From Gammaproteobacteria bacterium (GTDB lineage Bacteria > Pseudomonadota > Gammaproteobacteria > Eutrophobiales > Eutrophobiaceae), in NCBI GenBank assembly GCA_965116495.1, contig OZ220696.1, positions 1,664,001 through 1,728,000 of the forward strand: a stretch of DNA of 64,000 nt, read 5' to 3'. The notes beneath the pieces are model-generated. The model was not told the origin of the DNA, searched no databases, and was given only the letters and a program-made list of their open reading frames with translations. Position numbers and translations under genes: made by a program. Every line of letters starts with the position of its first letter. Position 1 is the stretch's first letter. Positions 20,057 through 29,133 of this stretch are shown here, piece after piece.

Positions 20057-20287
20057 TCATAAGCTCCGCATTCTCTTGGAAAACTCATCAACGGTAAGAC
20101 CGGCAGAACGAAGCAGGCTCCTCAACGTTCCTTTGGCAACCTCCTTATGGTCAGGTACCGAAAGCGTCGCCGTTTCCCCTTCTTTTGTCATAATAATGTG
20201 GCTGCTTCTCCGGCGTGCAACATTCCAACCAAACCCCTTGAAAATCCGTACAACTTCTTGCCCGCTTAAAGAGGGCAATGAGGGCAC
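20057..20287 (-). CDS. hicA: HicA family toxin
   Basis: LSGQEVVRIF..FGW, SSHIIM, SVPDHKEVAKGTLRSLL. Confidence 0.9.
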   Translation of the reverse strand: MPSLPSLSGQEVVRIFKGFGWNVARRRSSHIIMTKEGETATLSVPDHKEVAKGTLRSLLRSAGLTVDEFSKRMRSL

Positions 20288-20493
20288 TAAGCAGCAACCT
20301 CTATTTGCTGTGTCTCAATGGTTAACGGCAACCCTTTTTCTGCGCGTACTTCAAGACAGAGAGCAATCGCTTCCCTGATACTGTCCAGCGCTTGCTGTCG
20401 GGTCTCTCCCTGACTGACACAACCCGGAATGGCGGGGCATTCAACAATCCATACCCCATCCTCATCCCGGTCAAACGTTATATTGAATTTCAT
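20287..20493 (-). CDS. hicB: Short HicB family antitoxin
   Basis: DEDGVWIVECPAIPGCVSQGETRQQALDSIREAI. Confidence 0.9.
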   Translation of the reverse strand: MKFNITFDRDEDGVWIVECPAIPGCVSQGETRQQALDSIREAIALCLEVRAEKGLPLTIETQQIEVAA

Positions 20494-20685
20494 AAAACCT
20501 CCTGACCCCCGCCTGATCTATTCATCACGTTCGCGAAAAGTGTACTAGAAAACGGTTCGGCGATAAACCCATAACGATAAAACGATTAATTCCGGGGATA
20601 ACTCCGGAATTAAAACTTTTTTGTGGTGTTTGATGATTTGACAATATATCAGTACAAGCGTAGGTTCTATTCAGGGAGTGTGAAA

Positions 20686-20953
20686 ATGATATGGAAAATT
20701 CTGGTCACTGAGAGTGAATTTTTACATTACCTGGATAATGAAGGGTTCAATTAGACAGTAGCACACCATGGTCAAGTCACTTGATGAACATAGAGAAAAT
20801 ATCAAGCCGGAAGTGCGAACTGCCGCCAGGGCTAAAGCCATGGGTATCGTCGCGAAGATGTCGCCCGATGGGGCCAAGAAAGCCAAGGGGAGAGGTCAGC
20901 CGGCGCCGGCTGAGAACCGGAAAATTACACAATCTGATTTATCAAATAAATAG
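20686..20953 (+). pseudogene. Degenerate RelE/HigB toxin plus XRE/HigA antitoxin remnant
   Basis: MIWKILVTESEFLHYLDNEGFN* (20686-20754) resembles fused toxin termini; 20768-20953 MVKSLDE..PEVR..A.AKA..AKM....KK.KG..Q....ITQS.LS is a decayed HTH start. Confidence 0.5.
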
Positions 20954-21114
20954 CGCAAAAAAAAGCGACTGAGCTGTTGGAAGGTTTTACCCACCATCCC
21001 CAAAACAAGACGCTATACAGGCATTAAGTGTTGTGTCCCTCGAATTGATTAATTCTCTACTCGCTTTGTATCGATGTACTGATATAGTGTACGTCTCTTG
21101 TAATGAAAGTGGGA

Positions 21115-21288
21115 TCAAGACGCGCGACTGTGGGTAACTGCCTCGCGTAGGCCTTCCAGCAATCCCTCCAAATGCATCATCCGTTCGCGCAACTCCGTTA
21201 TATCTTTTCCCATTGCGTTCATTTTTGGAACCATGAGTGCGGCCAATGCCAGACCCACGCCAATAATGCTGTACATTTCAGGGCTCAC
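21115..21288 (-). CDS. 57-aa membrane-anchored coiled-coil microprotein (not in ORF track)
   Basis: GTG start after GGAG; MSPEMYSIIGVGLALAALMVPKMNAMGKDITELRERMMHLEGLLEGLREAVTHSRAS. Confidence 0.7.
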   Translation of the reverse strand: MSPEMYSIIGVGLALAALMVPKMNAMGKDITELRERMMHLEGLLEGLREAVTHSRAS

Positions 21289-21562
21289 TTTCCTGTCTCC
21301 TTATCTCATTCCGTTACAAATGCGAGTGTGTGTTGATTCGTTGCTCGTTCGTGGTGATGTGTTGATCCATACCTGCGAGGCGCTGTTCAATCACGCCCAG
21401 ACGTTCACTGATAATGCTTTATTACAGACATGCCATAAATCGTAAGACGAAGTGTAGGGTAGCCGTGGAGTAAATTCAAACCTCTTTGTGATATTTCCTA
21501 ACCTGCTTGACATAGCCATAAAAATGAACTAAGTTTATCAGACTAAGTTTGTGGAGGAAAAC

Positions 21563-21808
21563 ATGCGTACTGTCAACATGCACGAAGCCAAGACACATCT
21601 TTCGCGTCTCGTCCAGACCGCCGCCGCTGGTGAACCATTCATTATCGCCCGCGCCGGCAAGCCGATGGTCAAAGTCAGCGCGGTGAACGCTTCCGAATCC
21701 GGGGCTATGCGCCGAACCGGGTTCCTGGCAGGCAGGATCTCAGTCCCTGCTGATTTTGATCGTATGGGTTCCGCTGAGATTGAGACGTTGTTTGAAGACA
21801 GTGCGTGA
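21563..21808 (+). CDS. Phd/YefM family antitoxin (copy 2)
   Basis: Two aa differences from copy 1 (A/T, S/G). Confidence 0.9.
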   Translation: MRTVNMHEAKTHLSRLVQTAAAGEPFIIARAGKPMVKVSAVNASESGAMRRTGFLAGRISVPADFDRMGSAEIETLFEDSA

Positions 21809-22191
21809 GTTTTCTTCTTGATACCCACGTCCTGCTCTGGGTTGCGGGCGCGCCCGACAGACTGCCAACCGACACGCGCCTGCTGGTTGAAGACCCGGCC
21901 ACGGGGCTGATCTTCAGCGCCGCGTCGCTTTGGGAGGTCGCTATTAAGAACAGTTTAGCGTGTGCGGATTTCAACGTCGATGCACGCCTGCTGCGGCGGA
22001 AATTACTGGAGAACGATTACACAGAGTTAGCCGTAACCGGCGCCCACGCGGTGGCAGTGGACTTGCTGCCGCCGATCCATAAGGATCCTTTCGACCGCAT
22101 CCTGGTCGCACAGGCTCAGGTCGAAATGGTGACGTTATTGACGGCGGATGAAATCGTAGGGCGCTACCCGGGACCTGTCCGGGTGATCTGA
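21805..22191 (+). CDS. vapC: VapC/PIN family toxin
   Basis: LLDTHVLLW, SAASLWEVAIK, HKDPFDRILVAQA, LLTAD. Confidence 0.93.
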   Translation: MSFLLDTHVLLWVAGAPDRLPTDTRLLVEDPATGLIFSAASLWEVAIKNSLACADFNVDARLLRRKLLENDYTELAVTGAHAVAVDLLPPIHKDPFDRILVAQAQVEMVTLLTADEIVGRYPGPVRVI

Positions 22192-22485
22192 CTATCCTTG
22201 TAATCAGCGATGTACAAGCAATCGGCATAACTCAACAAAGCGAATATTCCCGTCAGCATTACCCGATAGAATTTTTTCTCTGAGTTTTGAATTTTTTCCC
22301 ATGGAAGCCTTAATCCTTACAGAAAAAGGGGCCGTTGAAATAAGAGATGGGAATAGTCGTACCGTCAGGGATTTCCGCACGAATCCTGTTTAATATCAGT
22401 TGTGACCTTTTATGATTCACCTGTCTGGTATTGCCTCTTATATTTCTATATTGCCTGATGTATTAAATACATGGCAACCAAAACA

Positions 22486-22510
22486 AAAAGGCGCACAGTG
22501 TGCGCCTTTT
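22486..22510 (-). terminator. Intrinsic terminator of the porin gene, overlapping the right 30-bp repeat
   Basis: aaaaaggcgcac-agt-gtgcgcctttt hairpin with A/T tracts. Confidence 0.75.
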
Positions 22511-22548
22511 CGCCGGGATCCTAAGGACCCCTTTTGCTTAATACAGGC

Positions 22549-23760
22549 TTACCAGAGCAGGAACCCGCCGATGGAGAAGGTATCTACATCTTTCTGACCG
22601 AGTAGAGTATTCTCATAATTACCGTATTCGGCAATGACCTTTAGCCAGGAATTGACGTCATGGTAAACACCCACTGTCCATAGTTCGCCTTTAGAATCAG
22701 GTATTCCATACGTGTCATTGGCATCCTGTGTTGACTCGCCATAACCACCACCAATCTTGGTGGTTCCATTGAATGTGTAAGCCGCCTGAACATAGAAACC
22801 GTCGTTGTCAGCTTCACCACATTTGCCACCCGCACAGCCAAATCCTTCATTGCCTAAACTAGGCCCGGGGTTGAACAACAAAGTACCCAAAGCTTCACCG
22901 TCATAATATTGACCGGTCATGCTGAATCCCTCAGCAGAAACCTGGGCTCCGATATTCCAGCCTACAGTTTCAATATCGCCCTGACCAACAACTTCCATCT
23001 CCTGCCAAATGAAGCCAGCCCAGCCACTGAAGCTGCCGCCCTCAAAGGCAGAGTTAAAAGTAGCCTCGGACTGGAACTGCGGTGTATCTGTCTCGAATCC
23101 AGTGTTGGTCCCGAGACCACCACTGCCTATTGGCTCTTGTGGGTCAAAGATACCTACCGACAACTGAAAACCGTTCATGTCTGGGGTCTGGTAGACAAAG
23201 CGGGTGCGGAAGTCTGGGTATACATAACCATAGCCGATACGGCCCAGGCCGGTGCCACCCGCATCTGCTCCTGCCAAAGCGCCCATACCGAACAGGGTGA
23301 TGTCTTTCAAAATAGCCTGACGCCCGAACAGGGCCAAGGTGCGACCTACGCTGATGGTGCCGAAATCGCCGGAGACGTTGAAGAAGACTTCACGCATATC
23401 GATGTTGGAGCCGGTTCCGAATACGCCTGATTTATTCAACCGGCTGCCCTTCTCGCTGGAACTGTCCACTGCGAATGTGATCTGGCCGGTACCGGTCAGG
23501 CCGTTCACTTCGGGGGTCTTGACCACCATGGTATGGAAGGACGGCAGCAGGCCCTCTTGCAGGTGGGCACTGTCTTCACTGGTCCCGTCAGCGAAATTAA
23601 AGTCACTCTGGGTATAGAACAGGTTGATAAAGCCGCCGTAGCTGACTTCCCAACCGTCCGCGCCACCCAGGACTACTGCTGCATTTGTGGGCATGCTTAA
23701 AGCACCTGCCAGCGCCAGAGCACTCAGAATGGCTGCGAGCTTGGTCGTATATATTTTCAT
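22549..23760 (-). CDS. Outer membrane porin
   Basis: Signal peptide, REVFFNVSGDFGTISVGR, amphipathic beta strands, C-terminal aromatic residue. Confidence 0.88.
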   Translation of the reverse strand: MKIYTTKLAAILSALALAGALSMPTNAAVVLGGADGWEVSYGGFINLFYTQSDFNFADGTSEDSAHLQEGLLPSFHTMVVKTPEVNGLTGTGQITFAVDSSSEKGSRLNKSGVFGTGSNIDMREVFFNVSGDFGTISVGRTLALFGRQAILKDITLFGMGALAGADAGGTGLGRIGYGYVYPDFRTRFVYQTPDMNGFQLSVGIFDPQEPIGSGGLGTNTGFETDTPQFQSEATFNSAFEGGSFSGWAGFIWQEMEVVGQGDIETVGWNIGAQVSAEGFSMTGQYYDGEALGTLLFNPGPSLGNEGFGCAGGKCGEADNDGFYVQAAYTFNGTTKIGGGYGESTQDANDTYGIPDSKGELWTVGVYHDVNSWLKVIAEYGNYENTLLGQKDVDTFSIGGFLLW

Positions 23761-23985
23761 ATTCTCCTCCTCAGGAAAGGTATTAAGCTAAAAGATACTT
23801 CGATTTACTTATTAAAAATTCTTTATCCCAGTTTCTTACTTCCGGCTTATTTCATAAGGATATTGCATAGCTAAAGAAATTGCAACATATTAAAGGCAAG
23901 AATACAACACTTTTTTTCAAATTTTTACACCATTTGCCATAGTTTTGTTCCTTTTACGCAACAACTGAATGATTGTGGGAGCAAG

Positions 23986-24162
23986 TTATACATCCTTAAC
24001 GGTTTCATTGGGTTGTCCGACGAGCAGCCCGTGAATAAAAGCCACCTCTTTCTCTACAGTCGACAACCGGCCAAGCAGGTACAAAAAAGTGGTGATATTG
24101 ATAGCAGCGATGGCAAGGCCAACAGCGACGATTGTAAAAACGATAGTAACCAATTCAGTCAT
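23986..24162 (-). CDS. 58-aa membrane-anchored microprotein (not in ORF track)
   Basis: MTELVTIVFTIVAVGLAIAAINITTFLYLLGRLSTVEKEVAFIHGLLVGQPNETVKDV. Confidence 0.55.
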   Translation of the reverse strand: MTELVTIVFTIVAVGLAIAAINITTFLYLLGRLSTVEKEVAFIHGLLVGQPNETVKDV

Positions 24163-24269
24163 ATCCAGTATCCTGAGCCAAGTAACAAATAATACAGTTG
24201 CATCTCCTTGTCAGTTCCATCCGGAGCGAGTATATAACAAAATTATCTCACGTTATATCCTTTTCCACC

Positions 24270-24575
24270 TCACCCTCCCCCTTTCTGGTATGCCAGGTCA
24301 AAGCGGGAGAGGAAAGATGCTCGTTCGGACGCGCTGAAACCATTGAACTCGATGATGACCTCAGTCACGGGAAATTCCAGGAGGGCGAGTTTTCTGACGG
24401 TCTCCGGGGACAAGGTAATTTTTACCAGACCGGCGCCCGTAGTGATGCCGACCTGGTTGCCTTGCCGGGCAAGCGCGGCATTATTGACTGCCTTGGGCAA
24501 CAAGCGGAAAAACTCCTTGTGCGTGATGCTCATTTCCCGGGTCAGGCGGGTTTCCGGTGCAGGACTGGTACTCAC
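24270..24575 (-). CDS. Small AOR-associated protein ending in GGG (AorE-like)
   Basis: REMSITHKEFFRLLP...RFDLAYQKGGG; last gene of the aor operon. Confidence 0.75.
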   Translation of the reverse strand: MSTSPAPETRLTREMSITHKEFFRLLPKAVNNAALARQGNQVGITTGAGLVKITLSPETVRKLALLEFPVTEVIIEFNGFSASERASFLSRFDLAYQKGGG

Positions 24576-24657
24576 GACAATGCTGGGCAGGGGAACGGGA
24601 TAGATTTAGCCGGTAAACGGGGACAGATTTAAATCTGTCCCCGTTTACCGGCTGGGC

Positions 24658-24909
24658 TCAACCCCCGGCTACCGGCGGCCATATTGCCAGGGTGTCTCCG
24701 TCATTGAATACGGACTTGCTGCGGTCCTCAGGTTTGATATATACACCGTTCAACAGCACCAGGTGCGCCATTTCCCTCGGCACCTTGTACCTGTCGATAA
24801 CCTCGTAAGCGGTATTGTGTTCGGATATCTCTATGATGAGCTTGTTGTCCACGGCATCAGGGGGAAGATATTCCGTCAGACCGGCGTAGAGTTTGAATAT
24901 CAGTTTCAT
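24658..24909 (-). CDS. MoaD/ThiS family sulfur carrier paralog (AorD-like)
   Basis: LYAGLTEYLP, HLVLLNG, DTLAIWPPVAGG. Confidence 0.9.
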   Translation of the reverse strand: MKLIFKLYAGLTEYLPPDAVDNKLIIEISEHNTAYEVIDRYKVPREMAHLVLLNGVYIKPEDRSKSVFNDGDTLAIWPPVAGG

Positions 24910-25066
24910 AATAATAAGGTGTCGCTGCGCGACGGGGTGCTTAACTGGATTCCTGCTTTCGCAGGAATGGCATAAGGGAGCCTGCCCCTGGGTGGTGGCG
25001 CGGGGATGTGCGCCGGTATTACGGCAGGGCCGTGCGCGCAGGAGACGGTACAGCCGGCTGAACTAC

Positions 25067-26332
25067 TCAAAGCAGCGCGGCGTTGTGACCGATGGACTGG
25101 GTTGCGCCGAGGTAGGCCTCCATGATCCGGGTCGGGTCCTGCAGCAGGTGATCTTTCCATTTGCCCAGCTTCAGCTTTGTCTGTATCAGGCCCCGTAAAA
25201 CACCTACGTGATTGGTCAATCCAAGTGCCTGGGCGCCTACCAGGATATCATCCTGGAATCGCAGGCTGATGTAGCGGTATCTTTCCGCATCCACCAGTTC
25301 GACGGATTCGCCGCCCTCGACACCCATCCACAGACCATAGGAGGTGGAGACTAACCCCATGGTGTCCAGTACGTTCATGTTGACACTGCCCTGGTGGCGG
25401 GTATCCCGGCCGGACATATTCATGGCTGCTATCCTGCCGTGCTCGGCAGCAGTAGGCTGGATCGCCTGTACGCTGTACTCCGCGGTGGAAAAGTCCTTGC
25501 CCTGGCACACGTCACCGGCGGCGTACACATCCGGGTGGCTGCTTTGCAGGCGGTCATTCACCAGCACGCCGAAGTCCGTCTCGATACCGCTGCCTTCCAG
25601 AAACTGGATATTGGCCCGCACCCCCGTGGCGGAAATCACCACGTCGGCGCCCAGGCGGTCGCCGTTGTCCAGTTGTACCGACAGTCTTGCCGCGCCATCC
25701 TGCTCAATTGCCTCAACCCGGGTCGACGTCAGTACGTTGACGCCCTTGTCGATGCACCACTGTTTGATCAGGTTCCCGGCAGTCTGGTCCATCATGCGCG
25801 GGACCATGCGGTCTTCCATTTCGATCACCGTCAGGTTCACCCCGCGCTCCGCCAGCGACTCCAGGATAATGCAACCGATGAAGCCTGCTCCCATCAGGAT
25901 AACGTCGGATCCTTCAGCGGCGTTTTTTGCAATATTCCTGCCGTCCTCCAGGGTCCAGCAGGAATGCACGCCGGGCGAGTCCAGCCCCGGAATGGGAGGG
26001 CGAATAGGATGGGAACCCGTGGCAATCAACAACTTGTCGAAGTTGACCGTAGCGCCGCCTGCCAGTCCGAGGCTGTGGGCGCCGGGGTCCGCCGACTCCA
26101 CCCGGTCCTGGATTACCTGAATGTTACTGTCTGCGTAATGTGTTGCGGACTTGCGCAGGTAGGTACCGGCCTCATCGATATTATCAATGAGGTAGTACGG
26201 CAATGCCATGCGGGAGTATGGCGGCTCTGTTTCGTCGCCTATGAGCTTTATCGAGCAGGAGGCATCGTTTTTCCTGAGTGTCTCCGCAGCGATAACGCCG
26301 GCAGGTCCGGCGCCGATTATGACGTGTTGCAT
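25067..26332 (-). CDS. FAD/NAD-dependent oxidoreductase subunit (AorC-like)
   Basis: GAGPAG, LIATGS, GAGFIG, VYAAGD. Confidence 0.9.
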   Translation of the reverse strand: MQHVIIGAGPAGVIAAETLRKNDASCSIKLIGDETEPPYSRMALPYYLIDNIDEAGTYLRKSATHYADSNIQVIQDRVESADPGAHSLGLAGGATVNFDKLLIATGSHPIRPPIPGLDSPGVHSCWTLEDGRNIAKNAAEGSDVILMGAGFIGCIILESLAERGVNLTVIEMEDRMVPRMMDQTAGNLIKQWCIDKGVNVLTSTRVEAIEQDGAARLSVQLDNGDRLGADVVISATGVRANIQFLEGSGIETDFGVLVNDRLQSSHPDVYAAGDVCQGKDFSTAEYSVQAIQPTAAEHGRIAAMNMSGRDTRHQGSVNMNVLDTMGLVSTSYGLWMGVEGGESVELVDAERYRYISLRFQDDILVGAQALGLTNHVGVLRGLIQTKLKLGKWKDHLLQDPTRIMEAYLGATQSIGHNAALL

Positions 26333-26378
26333 TTTTTCAGTCTCTATATATACAGAATGACTTCGTCAGGTGTTTTTA

Positions 26379-26457
26379 CTGGATTCCGGCTTTCGCCGGA
26401 ATGACGATTTCCTGCCGGAATGACGATCTTCTGCCGGAATGACGATCTTCCGCCGGA
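26379..26457. repeat. Family A REP followed by tandem 19-bp partial copies
   Basis: ctggattccggctttcgccggaatgacg then repeated gccggaatgacgat. Confidence 0.8.
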
Positions 26458-26479
26458 CGAACTGTCGCCAGACGAACCA

Positions 26480-28333
26480 TCAGCCCAGGCTGAGACGCTG
26501 CCGGGTCTCGGCAGTCGGCTCGCCCTGCTCGTTCCAGCCGCGCACTTCGTAGTACTCCGGTAACATCTCGTGCAAGCGGTTCACACTGCCCTTGGCCGGG
26601 CCGGTCTGGGCCGGTTCGGTGAGCAGGCGTTTCGGCAGCGTGTCGTCCGCCGCAGTCAATCCCGCGGCGAGATTGAATTCACGTTCCAGGTTCCAGATAC
26701 GCTCACCCGCTTCCAGCATGGTCTCCGGGGTCCAGTCGCCGTCGCAGGCTGCCGCTACCTGGGGAGCAATATCTTCCAGGGTCCAGGCAAACGTGGTGAA
26801 GACACACAGGCCGGACGAATCCACAATGGCGGTGGCGTCCTGGAAGGCCTTGACCAGTTCCGGCTTGCCTTCCGTCGACAGCGGGTCGGTCTTGACCGGC
26901 ACGCCCATCACTTCGGACGAGACGGTGTAACTGCGCAGGTGGCAGGCGCCGCGGTTGGACGTGGCGTAAGTCAGCCCCATGCCCTGGATGCCGCGCGGGT
27001 CGTAGGCCGGGAATTCCTGGCCTTTCACCGTCATCGACAAGTCAGGATGACCGTATTTTTCACACAGGCGCTTGGAACCGAGGCCCAGGTCCCGACCGAA
27101 TCCTTCTCCCTTGCAGGTAACTTCTGTTGCCCAGGACAGCGCTTGCGCCGAACCGAACTTCAGTTCGACGCCGCCCGTATGCTCTTTGGTAATCACCCCC
27201 ATCTCATAGAGTTCCATGGCAGCGGCAAGGGTGGAACCAAAGGAAATCGGATCGATCCCGTCCTCGTTACAGAGGAAATTCGCATAGGTCAGCGCATCCA
27301 TATCGTCCACGCCGGTGTCCGAACCCAGGGCCCAGGCCGCCTCGTATTCCAGGCCGCCCGATGCCCCCCAGTATTGCGGCTTGTTTTGAATGGAGAAATG
27401 GCCTTGATCGATGGTGGAAATGCGTCCACAGGCTATAGTGCAGCCCTGGCATGCGGCGTTGGTGACCAGGTTGGGTCTGCCGTCACTTTCCCGCGGTTCA
27501 TGCATGGCCTCAGCGGAGATCTTGCCGGCGCCCTCAAACTGTACGTCACGCATGTTACGGGTCGGCATGGCGCCGACCTCGTTGATAACGTTCATCAGCA
27601 CCTGGGTGCCGTAGGTCGGCAGGCCCTGTCCGGTGACCGCGTTCTCGGCCAGCACTTTCTTGCCGTCATTCACCGCCTGCATGAATGCGGCCGGGTCCTT
27701 GATGTTGCCTACACCCTTGGTGCCCCTGACCGCGACCGCCTTGAGGTTCTTGGACGCCATGACCGTGCCGACGCCGGAGCGACCGGCGGCGCGATGCAGG
27801 TCGTTTACAATCGCCGAGTACAGGCAACCATTCTCGGCGCTGCGGCCGACGGCGGCAATACGCAACAACGGATCCTGGTATTTTTGGTGCAGCCACTCAT
27901 CCGCAGCCCAGACCGACTTGCCCCAGATCTCATCCGCGGAGACTATCTCCACCTTGTCATTCTCGATGTACAGGTAAACAGGTTGCGGCGCTTTACCTTC
28001 AAAAATCACCATGTCGTAACCAGCGGTCTTCAGTTCCGAGCCGATGAAACCACCGGAATTGGAGCAGGCAACTGCGCCGGTCAGGGGGCTCTTGGTGACG
28101 ACGGAATAGCGGCCGGCGGTGGAAGCCATGGTGCCGGTCAGGGGACCGGTTGTCATGATCAGCTTGTTGCCGGGCCCCAGGGCGTCACAGCCGGGATCGA
28201 TTTCTTCCGCCAGGTACTTGGTAGCCAGTCCGCGCTGGCCCAGGTAGAGCCTGGCCCACTCCATGTTCAAGGGCTCGTTACTGGTGGCGCCGTCGGTCAG
28301 GTTTACTCGTAATACATTATTTGCCCAAGCCAT
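26480..28333 (-). CDS. Tungsten-dependent aldehyde ferredoxin oxidoreductase catalytic subunit (AorB-like)
   Basis: TKSPLTG, SNSGG, RAAGRSGVG, CQGCTIACG, LEYE, CNEDGIDPIS, NRGACH, DSSGLCVF, YYEVRGW. Confidence 0.93.
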   Translation of the reverse strand: MAWANNVLRVNLTDGATSNEPLNMEWARLYLGQRGLATKYLAEEIDPGCDALGPGNKLIMTTGPLTGTMASTAGRYSVVTKSPLTGAVACSNSGGFIGSELKTAGYDMVIFEGKAPQPVYLYIENDKVEIVSADEIWGKSVWAADEWLHQKYQDPLLRIAAVGRSAENGCLYSAIVNDLHRAAGRSGVGTVMASKNLKAVAVRGTKGVGNIKDPAAFMQAVNDGKKVLAENAVTGQGLPTYGTQVLMNVINEVGAMPTRNMRDVQFEGAGKISAEAMHEPRESDGRPNLVTNAACQGCTIACGRISTIDQGHFSIQNKPQYWGASGGLEYEAAWALGSDTGVDDMDALTYANFLCNEDGIDPISFGSTLAAAMELYEMGVITKEHTGGVELKFGSAQALSWATEVTCKGEGFGRDLGLGSKRLCEKYGHPDLSMTVKGQEFPAYDPRGIQGMGLTYATSNRGACHLRSYTVSSEVMGVPVKTDPLSTEGKPELVKAFQDATAIVDSSGLCVFTTFAWTLEDIAPQVAAACDGDWTPETMLEAGERIWNLEREFNLAAGLTAADDTLPKRLLTEPAQTGPAKGSVNRLHEMLPEYYEVRGWNEQGEPTAETRQRLSLG

Positions 28334-28351
28334 TTTCTATCTCCTCAAATG

Positions 28352-28819
28352 TCAGTTAGCGCCGCTACTTGCCGCGGCATGTGCGCGCATCCGGCCAAGA
28401 CCGGTATGATCAGCATCGACGTAGGTGATGGCAGCCGTCGGACAGGCTTTTGCGCATTCCGGGTCGCCACCGCACAAATCACACTTATAAACAACCTTGG
28501 TGTCCTGGTTATAGTTGACCGTCCCGAACGGACAGGCGATGGTGCACACCTTGCAACCGACGCAAACGTCGGCCAGCACGTCCTTGGAACCGGTTTCCTC
28601 GTTCAGCACGATAGCCTCGACGGGGCAGGCGTGCATGCACCAGGCTTCGCTGCACTGGGTGCAGGTATAGGGAACAAACCGGCCTTCCTCGTGAAAGGTG
28701 AATACCTTGATGCGGGATTTGGCGGGGTTGAACACGCCTTCCGCCTGGTAGGAACAGGCCAGTTCGCATTGGAGACAACCGGTGCACTTTTCCGGCTCAA
28801 TCTGGAGTGATCTCAGCAT
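28352..28819 (-). CDS. 4Fe-4S dicluster electron-transfer subunit (AorA-like)
   Basis: CTGCLQCELAC, CTQC..C...CP, CVGCKVCTIACP, KCDLC; ATG follows AGGAGA. Confidence 0.92.
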   Translation of the reverse strand: MLRSLQIEPEKCTGCLQCELACSYQAEGVFNPAKSRIKVFTFHEEGRFVPYTCTQCSEAWCMHACPVEAIVLNEETGSKDVLADVCVGCKVCTIACPFGTVNYNQDTKVVYKCDLCGGDPECAKACPTAAITYVDADHTGLGRMRAHAAASSGAN

Positions 28820-29133
28820 CACGTTCTCCTTAGATAGCAACGTTTAAAACAGGTAGAGATTGAAAAAATCTCGTGTAAAATCGGGAAAAAATCCCGGCTG
28901 CACTTGCCCCTGTTTTCATTATAATGGGAGCAACCGGTTTTTTCTTACAGTATAGCTTATAGTTACCAGTGAGGTCTTCAACCTTCCGTGAGAAGAATAC
29001 AAAATAATTTCGGCAATGGCAACAGGTCTTCAAAAGGAAGGTGTAGCAGGCCAACCCTGCCACATAATATCAACACAATAGAACTATCATATTTATTCCA
29101 AGTCCAACCATAAGGTTAACGGGCAAGATATAC

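Noticed and set aside
24230-24259. ModE/TunR-like box (tatataac...gttatat)
   Set aside because: Half-sites are in the opposite orientation to the ModE consensus and lie downstream of the aor operon
25394-26404. 336-aa and 258-aa plus-strand ORFs
   Set aside because: Antisense to the well-supported FAD subunit gene
26570-28312. 580-aa plus-strand ORF
   Set aside because: Antisense shadow of the AOR gene caused by codon bias; no recognisable motifs
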